Shown here piece after piece: positions 12,204 to 23,900 of a stretch of DNA of 64,000 nucleotides (positions are counted from its first letter, which is position 1; each line of letters starts with the position of its first letter). The position numbers and the translations under genes are program-made. Source of the stretch: Tubiluchus corallicola. Taxonomy: Eukaryota > Animalia > Priapulida. Below the pieces are notes generated by a model. That model was given only the letters and a program-made list of their open reading frames with translations. It was not told the origin of the DNA and searched no databases. The DNA lies in assembly GCA_030141605.1 (NCBI GenBank), contig JAQGDQ010002366.1, positions 70,660-134,659 of the forward strand. Reading direction: 5' to 3'.

Positions 12204-12799
12204 CTGTAACAAAATCAGTTTAGTAAGTTTAGCGTGTGATAGCTCTTTACTTTTTCTTGAATTTGATGTTGCAGTACTGAAAAAATAAAATGGGCAGTAA
12301 CGTTGCTGTATAACTTGGAATCTTGCTTACTCCCAAAAAATGAAAGCAAAATAGATGCACTGAATTGAATTAAATATATTGACTAACAGGCATAAAGCAT
12401 AATAGCCGGTGGTGGTTTTTGGTGTCAGAGGGTGCGGACGTGTCTGAAGTCTCTCTGAGTTTTGCAGTTTTTACGCGAACGTTTATGATCACGAAGTCTC
12501 AAATCACTCAAAGTATCTATTCCCACTGACGAAGTCGCCTCACTCGAATCTGGCATCCTCTCTGATGACTTGGATGGAGCTCCTAAAGCAGCTGGTAAAC
12601 TATGAACTGAACGTCATGGTTCAAAACCTCTGAAAAGCCCCTTCTTCACTGGGGGGCTTTTCTCAACCTCGGCATTACTATTATTATAGTAATAATACAT
12701 CGGCAACCCTTATTACATCATCGGTTGTAAAAAAAAACTTGCTGTAAGTATACAGTCCACGATGTGTGTATATCGCTACGTGTTTTTGTGATTCCTCGT

Positions 12800-14740
12800 T
12801 AAGCAAAATTTCCAAGTACACATTTGATAAACAAAGTTCCATCTGTCACTTTGCTGTACAGTTTTTCGATACAGGGTAATGGATATGGATCTAGTTTGAA
12901 AATCTTGTTGATGGTCACTTTATTGTCACGACAGATGTGGATTGAGCCATCTTATTTAATGAAAGGTGCAATCGGTGCTGCAAATCTAGAAAACTGAACC
13001 AGTTTAATTATGTCAAGTTTTTCTAGTTTATCAAGTTCGCGTTCCACACCTTTAAAGCGTGTGGTGCGGATTTCACCTTGAAGAACATAAGTGTTGCTGA
13101 CTTATCAACATAGATATGACTTTTAAAATGCCAAGTTCGTTGTTGAATAGGTTACTGTGTTCGTCTAGTATAGCTAGTACTTCGTTTTAAGTTATGTTCT
13201 CAACGTGTACCGCGTGCATAAATTTCCAGGCTAACTTCAGCATATTTAACCAGTTTCTGCGGAGCAATGTTGTTGTTCTGCCAGAAACTATTAAAAGCGG
13301 AAGTTCCTTTTGTTGACTATTATGAGAAACGTTCACAAAAAAATTTCGGCGCACTGTTAAGTGTTCAAAAGTATTTAAATCAACATCAGATTTTTTAAAG
13401 TTTTGGGCGAGCTTTTACCACTGGACACATTCTTGCTAAATGTTTGTTTAATGTAGTTCTACTTATAATTAACTTAGACGCGTCCGTATCCAGCTCCATA
13501 TATAAATTACGGTTATCAATATTGATGTTCATCACGAGGGGCCCTTGTTTGAACGTTTTTGCACGGTCTGATCCGACTATCTTCCTTGATTTTGTTGTAC
13601 ACATCTTTGTTAGTTATAACATTTTATCTGCAATATGGTACGTATAAATGTCATTGAAACGCATCAATTTCCAGCTGATTATTTACTTTCAACGTGTACA
13701 ATTCCAATTGTATAGAAAAATGGAAGATATGTAAGTGTTGAAGACCCTAAGTTCACAGTTTAGACTAATGTTCTTGTTACTGAAAACATTTTCAAGTTTT
13801 GAGAATGCCGCTAGTGACAACATCTTTCGTTTGATGTCTTCTTCAGTACGTAATAGATTGTAAAGGTATAATGTATTTTATTGTGTTTACGAGAAAATGC
13901 TTTGCTAAAATGATTTAATTTTCCACACAAATAGGATTTTTTCACTTGCTGGGCAGTTGCCAAGACCATTATTATGATATCTATCACCTATTCACAAAAC
14001 ACACATTTCGGTTTTGTTATGTACGTTTTTGCACGTTTTTGGACTACTTGGAGTTTTGTGTTTTTCTTTTGTGCTTGTGCTGTTGTCATTTCCAGGTTTA
14101 TGTTGTGTCGTTGATATTTGGTTGTTATATTGCGGCTTTGCAAATGCTTCTTCCTCTCTTTTCATTGTTGTTACCTGTTGCTATGCCAACTCCATTGTAC
14201 GCCCACGCTCAAAAATTTTTCAAGCGTCACATCACTAAAGCGTTTATATGCCCAGGTTATTGTTGAAACACGTACCTATCAGTATCCATAAGATTTTATC
14301 TCTGTTTTTATCAGTGAATTCACACGTTTCGTGTAATAGGAGTCGTTGTATTCCTGCTTTAATTCGTGAAACAAATAAATGGCGTATTCAATATTTTTTT
14401 GCAATATGCATTCAAAACGCGAAGACTTGCAGTATTGTTCGTTTTTGAGGTTTGTTCTCAGTTTCAGTAGCTAGCACTGCTTGTAACGTGTCATATGTAC
14501 TGGTGGTGCTAACAATAATTAACATTTAGGTTTTCCGACTACGATGCTACACAATCAAGACATTTAACTCGCTGGATGCTGAAGAGTGATTATGTCTTCG
14601 CAGTTACTTTTATCTAGTAGCGTGTAAGCTAAGCTAACTCCTGATTCCAAGACGGACTATCAAATCATCATATTCTATTCACCCTGTTTTTCTGATTCAT
14701 CACCTCACATAGTATTACACTTTTGCCTTCCGCCCCAGTT
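12800..14740 (-). mobile_element. Highly degenerate Gypsy gag-protease-RT remnant
   Basis: Protease-like GPLVMNINIDNRNLYMELDTDASKLIIS, downstream LLRRNWLNMLKLAWKF-like and early RT-like segments; no intact ORF. Boundaries approximate. Confidence 0.6.
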
Positions 14741-16749
14741 TGCATTTTGGTTTATGTCCTACTTAGCCTTGTACTTTTTTCTTGTACATAAGCTATGGTT
14801 CGCTGTTAGACATTTCATTAGTTTCTACAAGGCCTGTCTTTGTTCTATAACTGTAATCTGTGTTTTTACAGGTTATGAATTTCTCCCTTGTTTATTATTT
14901 GCTGTGTTACTGTGCTTTTTGCTTGCATCCTTTTTAGTGAGGTACCTTTTTTAATACTGTGATGCCGTCTATGATAACAAGGATTATAATTTACTACATG
15001 TATTAACTAAAAAAAATTATAAAAAAAGAAAGAAAAAGTAAAATGAAACGCTTAACAAGAGTTTATAGCTGACACTTACGCGTTGAGTCGAAATGCAAAC
15101 CAAGGGATTAAACCAAAAATTACTGAATCACTACTGACTTAATAACAGCAACCAAGAAAAAAAGACAAAATGAAACCGAAGCCGAACATGGCCAGAACGC
15201 ACTGCCCCCGAATCTACGAGAACAGGTTACACGCTCGAGAAAATTGCCCTAGAAAACTGAGCTTTGATTGGCCCACGCAATTTTGCATTTTTATGAAGCC
15301 CGTGGTTTCCGAGGCGGTTTAATCCCGCCACACTACCCCCACCTTTCTGAAATAAAAGCGTCCTCGCTTTTAGAAAACACTAATTATTTCAGAAACAATG
15401 ATGACAGCTGACGCCAACCGCTTGCATTTAACCTTAACGCGTAAAAGAAAAGATTTTTATTTTCTATATCATTTGTGTGCACAAGTGTATGGATGCTCAG
15501 TTTACAAAATTTCGAGTATGCTTTTCCTTTAACTTAATTAATACCTGACGTATCCACTTAATTAATTACATTTACAATCACTGCTAAGGAAAAATAAAAA
15601 TAAGATTCCTATACAACTTCTCTACGGATGTTAGAATCAGTAATAACCAACTTATATACTGCAATTCTTAAGTTATTTTAACAAAGGTGCATTTTAGCGG
15701 TTTTTTTAACATTCGAAGTTGTGTTACTACATTTTATTAAAATAAAAAAGTATCGCATTCAGTTTTAATTTGGACGGTTTTTAAAGCATAAAGATCGTAG
15801 CCTAAAAGTGGACATATAATTACAATTGTTACTGCATCAATTAAGTCAACTAGCATTTTTTCTTAAGTGAAAGGTTAAAAAAATAATTCCTTACGTGTTA
15901 CGAGTTTTTGATTATTTAAAAAAACATTACAGGTGTATTATTGATCTAATATTTTCAGTATCAGTAGGGCAATTCTTCATCAATGTTCCTACTTTTGTGC
16001 ACTTTACAACTAGTAATGTTATATTTCATTTTACAATTTCAATAACTATCTGACGATGCATTTCGACAGCTGAAATCACTGAAGGAGAAGTTGGACTTTA
16101 AAACATTTTAAACGTGACACGGGCTGGGGCGATTATGTGCGTTCTCAAGAGCAGACAAAAGAAGACATTCAGTATTGATCAATCAAGTATACCAAGTAAA
16201 AGGCCACTCAATTGGGCAAGAATGATGAAGAACCAAGTTACCAAACTATAAATGGCCACTCAATCAAGCGGATACATTAACCAATCAGTTAACGAGTTTA
16301 ATAAGCCGACAACTAGAGCAACCACGAAATCGACGGGAGTGTATGTGCATTAGTAATTTTTTTGTAAGGTTAATAGGACCAATCGAGATTTTTACTGAAT
16401 CACAGACTCGTAATAATTTTATGACAAGACTCGTAATAATTATACGACGGACTAATTGTACAAATAATTTCTATTATGAACATAAACGTCAGAATTCAAT
16501 TGTTTTATCCTGCCATTAATCAACTAAATTGATTAGTGCTAGACGCAATAACAGGCCATAATTGGAAACAATATTCAACTATTCAAGAACATTTATTATA
16601 CAATGATTCCTGGTATAACATTTTCTGTTACTTTTGCCAAGTATTCATTCACATTATTACTTCATCTCTTATTCTCTCCCTGCTTTTCTTTAGAGGATTA
16701 GAGCCTCAGTAATCGCTTATTCTAAAAAGGAGTATTCGCTTTACTTAAA

Positions 16750-19365
16750 GACTTAGCTATCAGATTTTATTTGCTCTAAGCCTCTTCTTTACGTCGAATT
16801 GGCAATTTTCGTCTTTTTGGTAGAATTTACGGCAAGCTTGTAAGCATCACTGGTCTAACAGCGTTGTATCGCATTTCTTTGTTTGATACAGTGTGGCGAT
16901 TTAAAGGGAGAAAACTGATTCATCTTCATCCAGGTATGCTTCTACAGTAGGACACGTGTTGACGGCGTTTCTCTAAACCAGCTGATCAAGTAAACATTGG
17001 AATTTGTGATTTTTTTCTTTGTCTATTCAGTTTCGCTCACCTTTTATTAGATTTTGGACGAATGTTCCTTTTTTCTTCTCACGCTTCTTACAAAGGCCAT
17101 TGTTAGATTTTTGTCCGTAATGAATTCCAAAACATCTGTAGCCTGATAACCGTATAAAAAATGATTTCTCTTGAAAGATCCTTTTTTGCGAGCGTGGTTG
17201 TAGTACTCTTGGAAAGTTAATTATTAAGGTACTTTGCAACTACATACTCCGGTTTGCAGCTTGGTAATAAGACGTTCACGGGTTTTACTCCTTGTTTTAA
17301 GAATCACGACTACTATTACAGCAACGACAGAGTTTAGAGATCTCTCATGGTAAACCGATGTAAGTCGTCATAATTGTGGACTACATTCATCAGTCTTTGA
17401 CTTGTAGGGTTTTCATACACATATCCACTGTAGTACTCAGGTACTTTGCGTGTGCGTCTAGGGTATTGCAATGACGGTAATGGTGACGGTGTAAGCATAC
17501 CCTGGCAAGGAACTTCAGAAGCTGCACTAACTAAAAACGGTAAGTGAGAAAGTTCATGTGAGTCAGAACAGTCAAGTTGTTGCATTGGGAGGTTACTCGT
17601 TGATAAATTGTTAGCATTTGTCACACGCTGCTTGTCAAAATGTTCTTTCCAGTTTTCTTTAGTGATAGGACATGGGTTTTCAGGACTATCAAAGAAATTA
17701 ATTATTTATTGTTCATTGTTAACTGAAGCCTGGCCACCAGGTTGTGAATTGAGTTCACCCTCAACTCTAGTGACGTCATTGGCCTCTTGGTGAAGCAATG
17801 AATTTTCACCAGTTTTTCAGGGGTTAAAGGCTTTGGTAATTCAAGGGTTAACTCAGGTTGCCAATCAAGGATAAGATCACGTGTCGATACGTCTCTTGTT
17901 TCTTTGCTGTCAGCAGCGAGGGATGCGGTTTCAAGTAATTCTAACGTCTGAGTCCCAGGAAATTCGTTTCGTATGGGTGTTGATGTCAAAGGAAATCGTC
18001 CTATGGGGAAAGGTGCTGGCAGGTCTTTTAGTTTTCCACGACCCCTGGGGTGAGTTTCACTAGGATATGACCCTTCTTCCTGGATAGGACTCAATGTAAG
18101 AGAGAAACCCATAGGAGCAATTGGCAAGCTGTCATGAAAACTCGATGAAATTTCAAGATCATCTTCTGTGTCTCATGAACTCGAGTGTCATTTCCGTGTG
18201 GCAATGTATAACGTGAAGGTGGCAAAATAAAAGAGTCTATGTCCTCTCCTGGCGCATCACCTATTGGTAATGGTAGTTGTTCCACGGATGGTTCAAGTTG
18301 TAAACTTCTGCATTCTTCCACATCAGGATCAGCATTACTCGAGCTATTAGAATCAGAAAGTTCATATTGTTGTGATTGGACGTCAACACTAGTATTAGCA
18401 TCAGCGTACCATGGGTTGTTCGTAGTTCTTCGAGCTGTCTCCACTCCAAGTAAAACCTTCTGCTGGAACATACTTCCATAATCGATCAGAGTGTACAATT
18501 TTTGGCTGTTGCTTTCTATCAGTGAGCTTAATTATATAGGTTACATCAGATAATTTATCTATTATTACATAGGGACCGTGCCAATTGGACTGCAGTTTAT
18601 TGTTTTTGCCGACTTTCCTTTGAGGATTGAAGAGCCAGACTTTATCACCAGGAGAACAGAGGAGAAGACGAGAGCGAACATCATACCTCTTACGCATTAC
18701 CTCACCAGAGAAACGCAAATTATTGCGTACGAATTGATGTACATCATACAAATGCTGTTCTAATTTTGGTATGAATTCCACATAGTTAGTACACGTAATG
18801 TTAGTAGGGGGTTTTCCAGTTAGTAATTCATACGGGAGTCGTAACTCACGTCCATACATCACTTGAGCAGGAGTGAAATTGGTAGTCTCATGCACAGCAC
18901 TGTGATACGACATTAACAGCAAGGGTAATTTACTGTCCCAGTCTTTTTGATTGATGCTCAAAGTCTTAATGTATCGTTCTGCAAGTCCGTCACTTTTTGA
19001 GTTCAAAAGCAGCAGTTCGCCTTTTTTCAATGCCCATGAGTTCGCAGTATTGTTGAAAAATGTTGCTTTCGAAATTGCGGCCCTAATCAGAATGAATTTC
19101 TAAAGGCATTCCATACCGACAGAAAAATTCTTCAACTAATACTGAAGCTACTGTTTCAGCTTCTTGGTTTGGGATTGCATAAGCCTCTGGCCATTTAGAA
19201 AAAAAGTCCATCGCAACCAAAACGAATTTGTTTTTACGCGAAGACAACGAAAATGGCCCAGCTACATCAATGGCCACCCTCTCCATAGGTGCTCCTACAC
19301 GATATTGTTGTAAGGGCGCCCGCGGTTTACGTTGCTGTCCTTTCTTACGACAGCAAACTTCGCAT
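16750..19365 (-). mobile_element. Gypsy LTR retrotransposon remnant: integrase plus long Ser/Pro-rich C-terminal extension
   Basis: PMERVAIDVAGPF...LVAMDFFSKWPEAYAIPNQEAETVA...EIHSD; SDGLAERYIKTL...WDSKLPLLLMSY; WHGPYVIIDKLSDVTY (GPY/F module); tail ending PRRTRKVPEYYSGY. Left boundary approximate. Confidence 0.88.
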
Positions 19366-19369
19366 GATT

Positions 19370-22300
19370 GTGATTGCTGTTGCTATTTTGGGTGGTGCAG
19401 GTTTGCAAATGCCTGTGTAATAGTGTTATTGTGTGATGTTTGACGTTTGACTGTTTTGCAAAATTTGCAAAACTGTTTTCGTTTCTTTGCGTGTTTAATG
19501 CTATCTGCAGGTGAAATGACTGAAAAGGCAGGGTCTGCAAAGGGGGAGTCAGCACAAGCAGTTGCTAAGCACATGATTACTAAGAAGATAAACCACATAG
19601 ATACATTAATTGAAACGTGTCCAGATAAAATTCAACTTCCGCCGTTGCAGGGTGAATTACAGCATCTGTTTCAGAACTTCAGACAGCTGCATGAAGAAGT
19701 CGTGAAATTTATTCCACAGGAAGATGAGGCTCAAGCTAATGCGAGATTATACGTTGAAAAGGTACAACAAGGTGTAAATGCCTGTTTGGAAAGAATTGGT
19801 GATTATGTGGCACAACCAGAGCATATTAAGCCCGATGGGGAGGTACATATAGGAGTCCGTTTAGCACTAACCCATTCCATGGAACACCTAGCATGGTTGC
19901 ATCAAAGTCCAATCCTTTTTTTGAATAAACCAGCAATAAGTCGCAATCTGTCGGCTCATAATGCATTAGTAATGGGTAGTAATGCAGGCTCACACTCTAC
20001 TAGTTCACGTTCTGCCAGGTCTAGTTACATTAGTAGTGCTAAGGCGGAGGTTTGTGCACATAAGGCGTCCCTTCTTGTGGAAGCAACCATGATGAAGGAG
20101 CAGAACCAGTTTTACTCATGTGAGGTCTAGTAAAGAGGTCATGCTTCTTATCGGGCAAGATAATGCTGAAGCATTTCGTCATTTGGAAGTAAGGCGAGGA
20201 ATGATAGATCAACCATACACGGTTCGGACACCTCTAGGTTGGACCATTAATGGCACTGTTTGTGAAGCAGCAGAAGAGTGCACAGCAGTGGTCAGTTGCA
20301 CTAGATGTGATGAGGACTTGACAGATCAGGTGCAGAATTTTTGGCAGGCTGATGCTGTTCCAGAAGTTGCTTATCCCCACTATCTGTTGAAGATAAAAGA
20401 GTTTTGAAAATTTGGAACAATTCTGTTCTTACTGTAAATGGCCACTATCAGGTGGACATGGACATTCCCTTCATGTTTAATCCTCCTCAGTTCCCCAACA
20501 ATTATAGTTTAGCCGAACGTCGTCTTTACACACTTAAGTGGAAACTGACACGTGAGCCTGAACAACATGCCAAATATGCACAAGGCATTGCTGACATGCT
20601 ACAAAAAGGGTTTGCTGAAGTTGCACCACCGCTCCAGAATGAGGATTAAGAGAAGTGATTAATCCTAACAAGCTGTCAAAACTACGAATTGTGTTCAACT
20701 GTGCAGCTGAGTATCAAGGTGTTTCTTTAAACATGCAGGTTTATCAAGGGCCAGATCTCACAAATAAACTAATAGGTGTGTTGTTGCACTTTAGAGAGGG
20801 TCCTATTGCTGTTATGGGTGACATTGAGGCTATGTTTAATCAAATAATGGTTCCACCTGCTCATCGTGACGTACTGCACTTCCTTTAGTTTCCGAATGGG
20901 GATCGTCAACAAGAGCCAGTCACATATAGAATGACCAGGCATCTCTTTGGGGGAAAGTGGAGCCCAAGTTGTACTTCTTATGCATTGCGAAGAACAGCTC
21001 TTGATAATCAGAAAGTCTTCTCAGAATGCATTATTCTAGCAGTGTTAAAAAATTTCTACGTTGATGACTGCTTAAAGCCTTTTCATTCAGTAGAGGAGGC
21101 AACTGATTTCATTAATCAGATATGTAGCCTTTTGGCTCGTCGGGGGATTTAGGATCACTAAGTGGATATCAAACAATCGTGAAGTTTTGCAGGCATTGTC
21201 TTTGGAGGAAAGAGCTGAATCTGTCAGAAACCTGAATTTTGCCAAGGAGTTTTGCCAGCAGAGTGTTCATTAGGATTGTATTGAGATACTGAGGCTGACC
21301 GAATTGGTGTTCAGGCGAGGGTGAGAAGAAAAGAATCTACCTGACGTGGTCTATAAGTATCTTAAGCTCAGTTTATAACCCCTAGGGATTGATCTGTCCT
21401 GTTGTTCTGACTGCTAAGCTTCTTTTCCAATCAGAAAGTAAAATGAAGAAAGGATGGGATGATCTTCTTGAGGAGGAAACTGATCTAAAGTGGAGGCTTG
21501 GTTGCCAGATTTTCCTAGATTGGATCATTTTGGTGTTGACCATTTTTTGCCAGTGGACAGTGGTGAGCTCGGTAGCTGCGAGCTTCACATTTTTTCAGAT
21601 GCCTCACAAGTTGCCTATAGAGCAGTGTCCTATCTTCACTTTTTGGATAAAAGTGACAAAGTTTTGTTCTAGCGAGGTCTCGTCTAGCGCCATTGAAAGC
21701 TTTAACAGTTTTAGAGTTGAACTCTATGCCACTGTCATGGCAGTAAAGTTAAATCAGGTTTTAAAGGCAGAGCTGGTGATTGGGATAACAACTTACTGGA
21801 CTGATAGCATGATTGTGCTGGGATACATACGGAATACAGATAAAACCTTCAAAACCTTTGTTGCCAATCGTTTGAGCTTTGTTCATGAAGGATCGAATCT
21901 GTCAGTGGTTCTATGTCAGCTCGCGGGAAAATCCAGCAGATTTTGCTTCTAGGGGGATGCCTGTTGAACAGTTTATTGCTTGTAAAAAGTGGCTGTGCGG
22001 GCCAAAGTTTCTATGGGAGCCAGTGGTTCAAATAGAATGGACAATTTCCCTAGACTATGACTTTGCAAATGATACTGAAATCAAGCAAGATAAGTCTTCA
22101 AGTCCAAAAGTAACATCTTGCATAGCATCCACTACTGGCGATTTGAATTTAGTGAATAAACTATTTAAAAGACATTCGTCTTGGTACATGCTCAAAAAGA
22201 GTGTGGCCTGGAGTTTAAGGCTGAGAATGCTGCTGTTGTGTTAGGCTAGGGGTGAAAGTGAAGTTGCTTTCTCAGGGCAACTTTCCGTTGTGGAACTACA

Positions 22301-22992
22301 GCAGGCAGAGCAACATATTGTGAGGTTCTTGCAATGGAAGTATTTTAAGCCTATTCTCTTGGCACTGCAGAGAAATAGTCATGCTGGCTTGCCTGGTAGT
22401 AATGATCTGAGGAAAATTGATCTGATCCTATTCTCTCTTTTGGGGGCCTATTGTGTGTGGGTGGACGTCTGAGAAATTCTGCCTTACCTGAGAATGCCAA
22501 GCATCAGGTGATACTGCCTAAGGATGACAATGTTGTCACTCTCATCGTTCGCCACTACCATGAAATGTGCAGTCATTCGGGGAGAGAGCATGTATTATCG
22601 TTGATCCACGAGAAATATTGGATAATTAAGGCTAGAACAGCTGTTTGAAGGGCTAGCAGAAACTGTTTTCCTTGCAGACGTCGTTATGCTTCTCCTGAGT
22701 GTTAAAAGATGGCAGATATGCCTTACGATAGAACAGTATTGGGGCTGCCTCCTTTCACAAATGTAGGAGTGGACTGTTTTGGTACTTTCAGAGTAAAGCA
22801 TGGTAGAGTAGAGGCAAAAAGATATGGCTGCGTTTTTACGTGCCTTGTCAGTCGCGCAATTCACATTGAGGTTTTGCATTCTCTTGAAACCGATAGTTTT
22901 ATAAATGCATTAGGCAGATTCATTAACAGACGTGGCACTCCAAGTTTAATCAGGTCAGATAATGCTACAAATTTTGTCGGGGCAAACAATAT
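19370..22992 (+). mobile_element. BEL/Pao LTR retrotransposon remnant (gag fragment, protease-RT-RNase H-integrase), disrupted
   Basis: LLIGQDNAEA...RTPLGWTING; [18 protein letters not shown]...[17 protein letters not shown]; RHLFGGKWSPSC...FYVDDCL; ELHIFSDASQVAY; YWTDSMIVLGYI...FVANR; NPADFASRG; [11 protein letters not shown]...[10 protein letters not shown]. Truncated at 22992. Confidence 0.92.
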
Positions 22993-23097
22993 TGTAACGG
23001 ATACAAGAAAACATCTTAGGTTGCATAGTTGCTTATTCTAAACAAAAAAAACAAATTAAGAAATAATAAGAAACAAATTACACAGAAAATTTAAAGC

Positions 23098-23269
23098 AAT
23101 TTTCTAAGCCCATCTAGCCACATACCAAAAATTGTGGCCCTAGCCCAAAAACTGTAGGAGTAAATGGAGCCTAAATATATATCTGTTTTTCGTTAGGCTT
23201 TATTTACTCTTACAGTTTTTGGGCTAGGGCCACAATTTTTGGTATGTGGCTAGATGGGCTTAGAAAATT
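23098..23269. repeat. Near-perfect palindrome/hairpin, 77-bp arms and 18-nt loop
   Basis: Arm 23098-23174 (AATTTTCTAAGCCCATCTAGCCACATACC...GAGCCTAA) vs arm 23193-23269; three mismatches. Confidence 0.93.
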
Positions 23270-23399
23270 CACTCACTATTATACGCTCTAGTATTTTGAA
23301 AATATAGCATAAATTTGAGACGGAACGATAATTATTCAAGATGGTAGCATCCAAATAATGTTTTTTCAGAAGTGGGCGTACAGTAGCCAATTTTAAATA

Positions 23400-23900
23400 A
23401 CGTTGAATTTCACCTGTAAGCTAAAAGACATTGTAGAGATGTGTGAAAAAGGATGCCAAAGCTGAGACTGACTTTTTCACAAATGATGTTGTCCAATGAA
23501 CATGACTGGCATGAAGACTCACTGATTAACTTTGTTATTGTGCCTACAGTTACAGGCTTGAAACCCTAAAAAGCATTGCTAGTGTCTTCTGTAACAGGAT
23601 ATTCTAAAGTAGAGATGTTCGCTGAAAGTATCTCCCAAAATTTACAAATTTTATTTTTTATCTTCAAAAAATTTGAAAACCTGTCTACTAACTGTTCACG
23701 TGGAATGTCACGAGGAAGTACCTTCCCTGAATGTGACTTAAGTGTCCGAGAGTACGTTCATCATAGAAAAGACGTTCTGGCCATCAGCTTCGTCTGGTAA
23801 ACTGGTATCTGGTAAACTGTCCATTTCATAGTGAAAATTGAAATCTCCCGCAACGATAAGTTTGCAGGATGGAACTGCGAACTTTAACAAGGTTGAAAAA
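23400..23900 (-). mobile_element. L2/CR1-like LINE fragment
   Basis: Minus-strand translation gives KVLPRDIPREQLVDRFSNF...GFKPVTVGTITKLISESSCQSCSLDNI, resembling the endonuclease-RT linker of LINEs. Confidence 0.5.

Noticed and set aside
19447-20130. 227-aa ORF as a cellular gene
   Set aside because: It has the helical and Ser/Arg-rich features of a BEL/Pao gag N-terminus and runs directly into BEL pol fragments.
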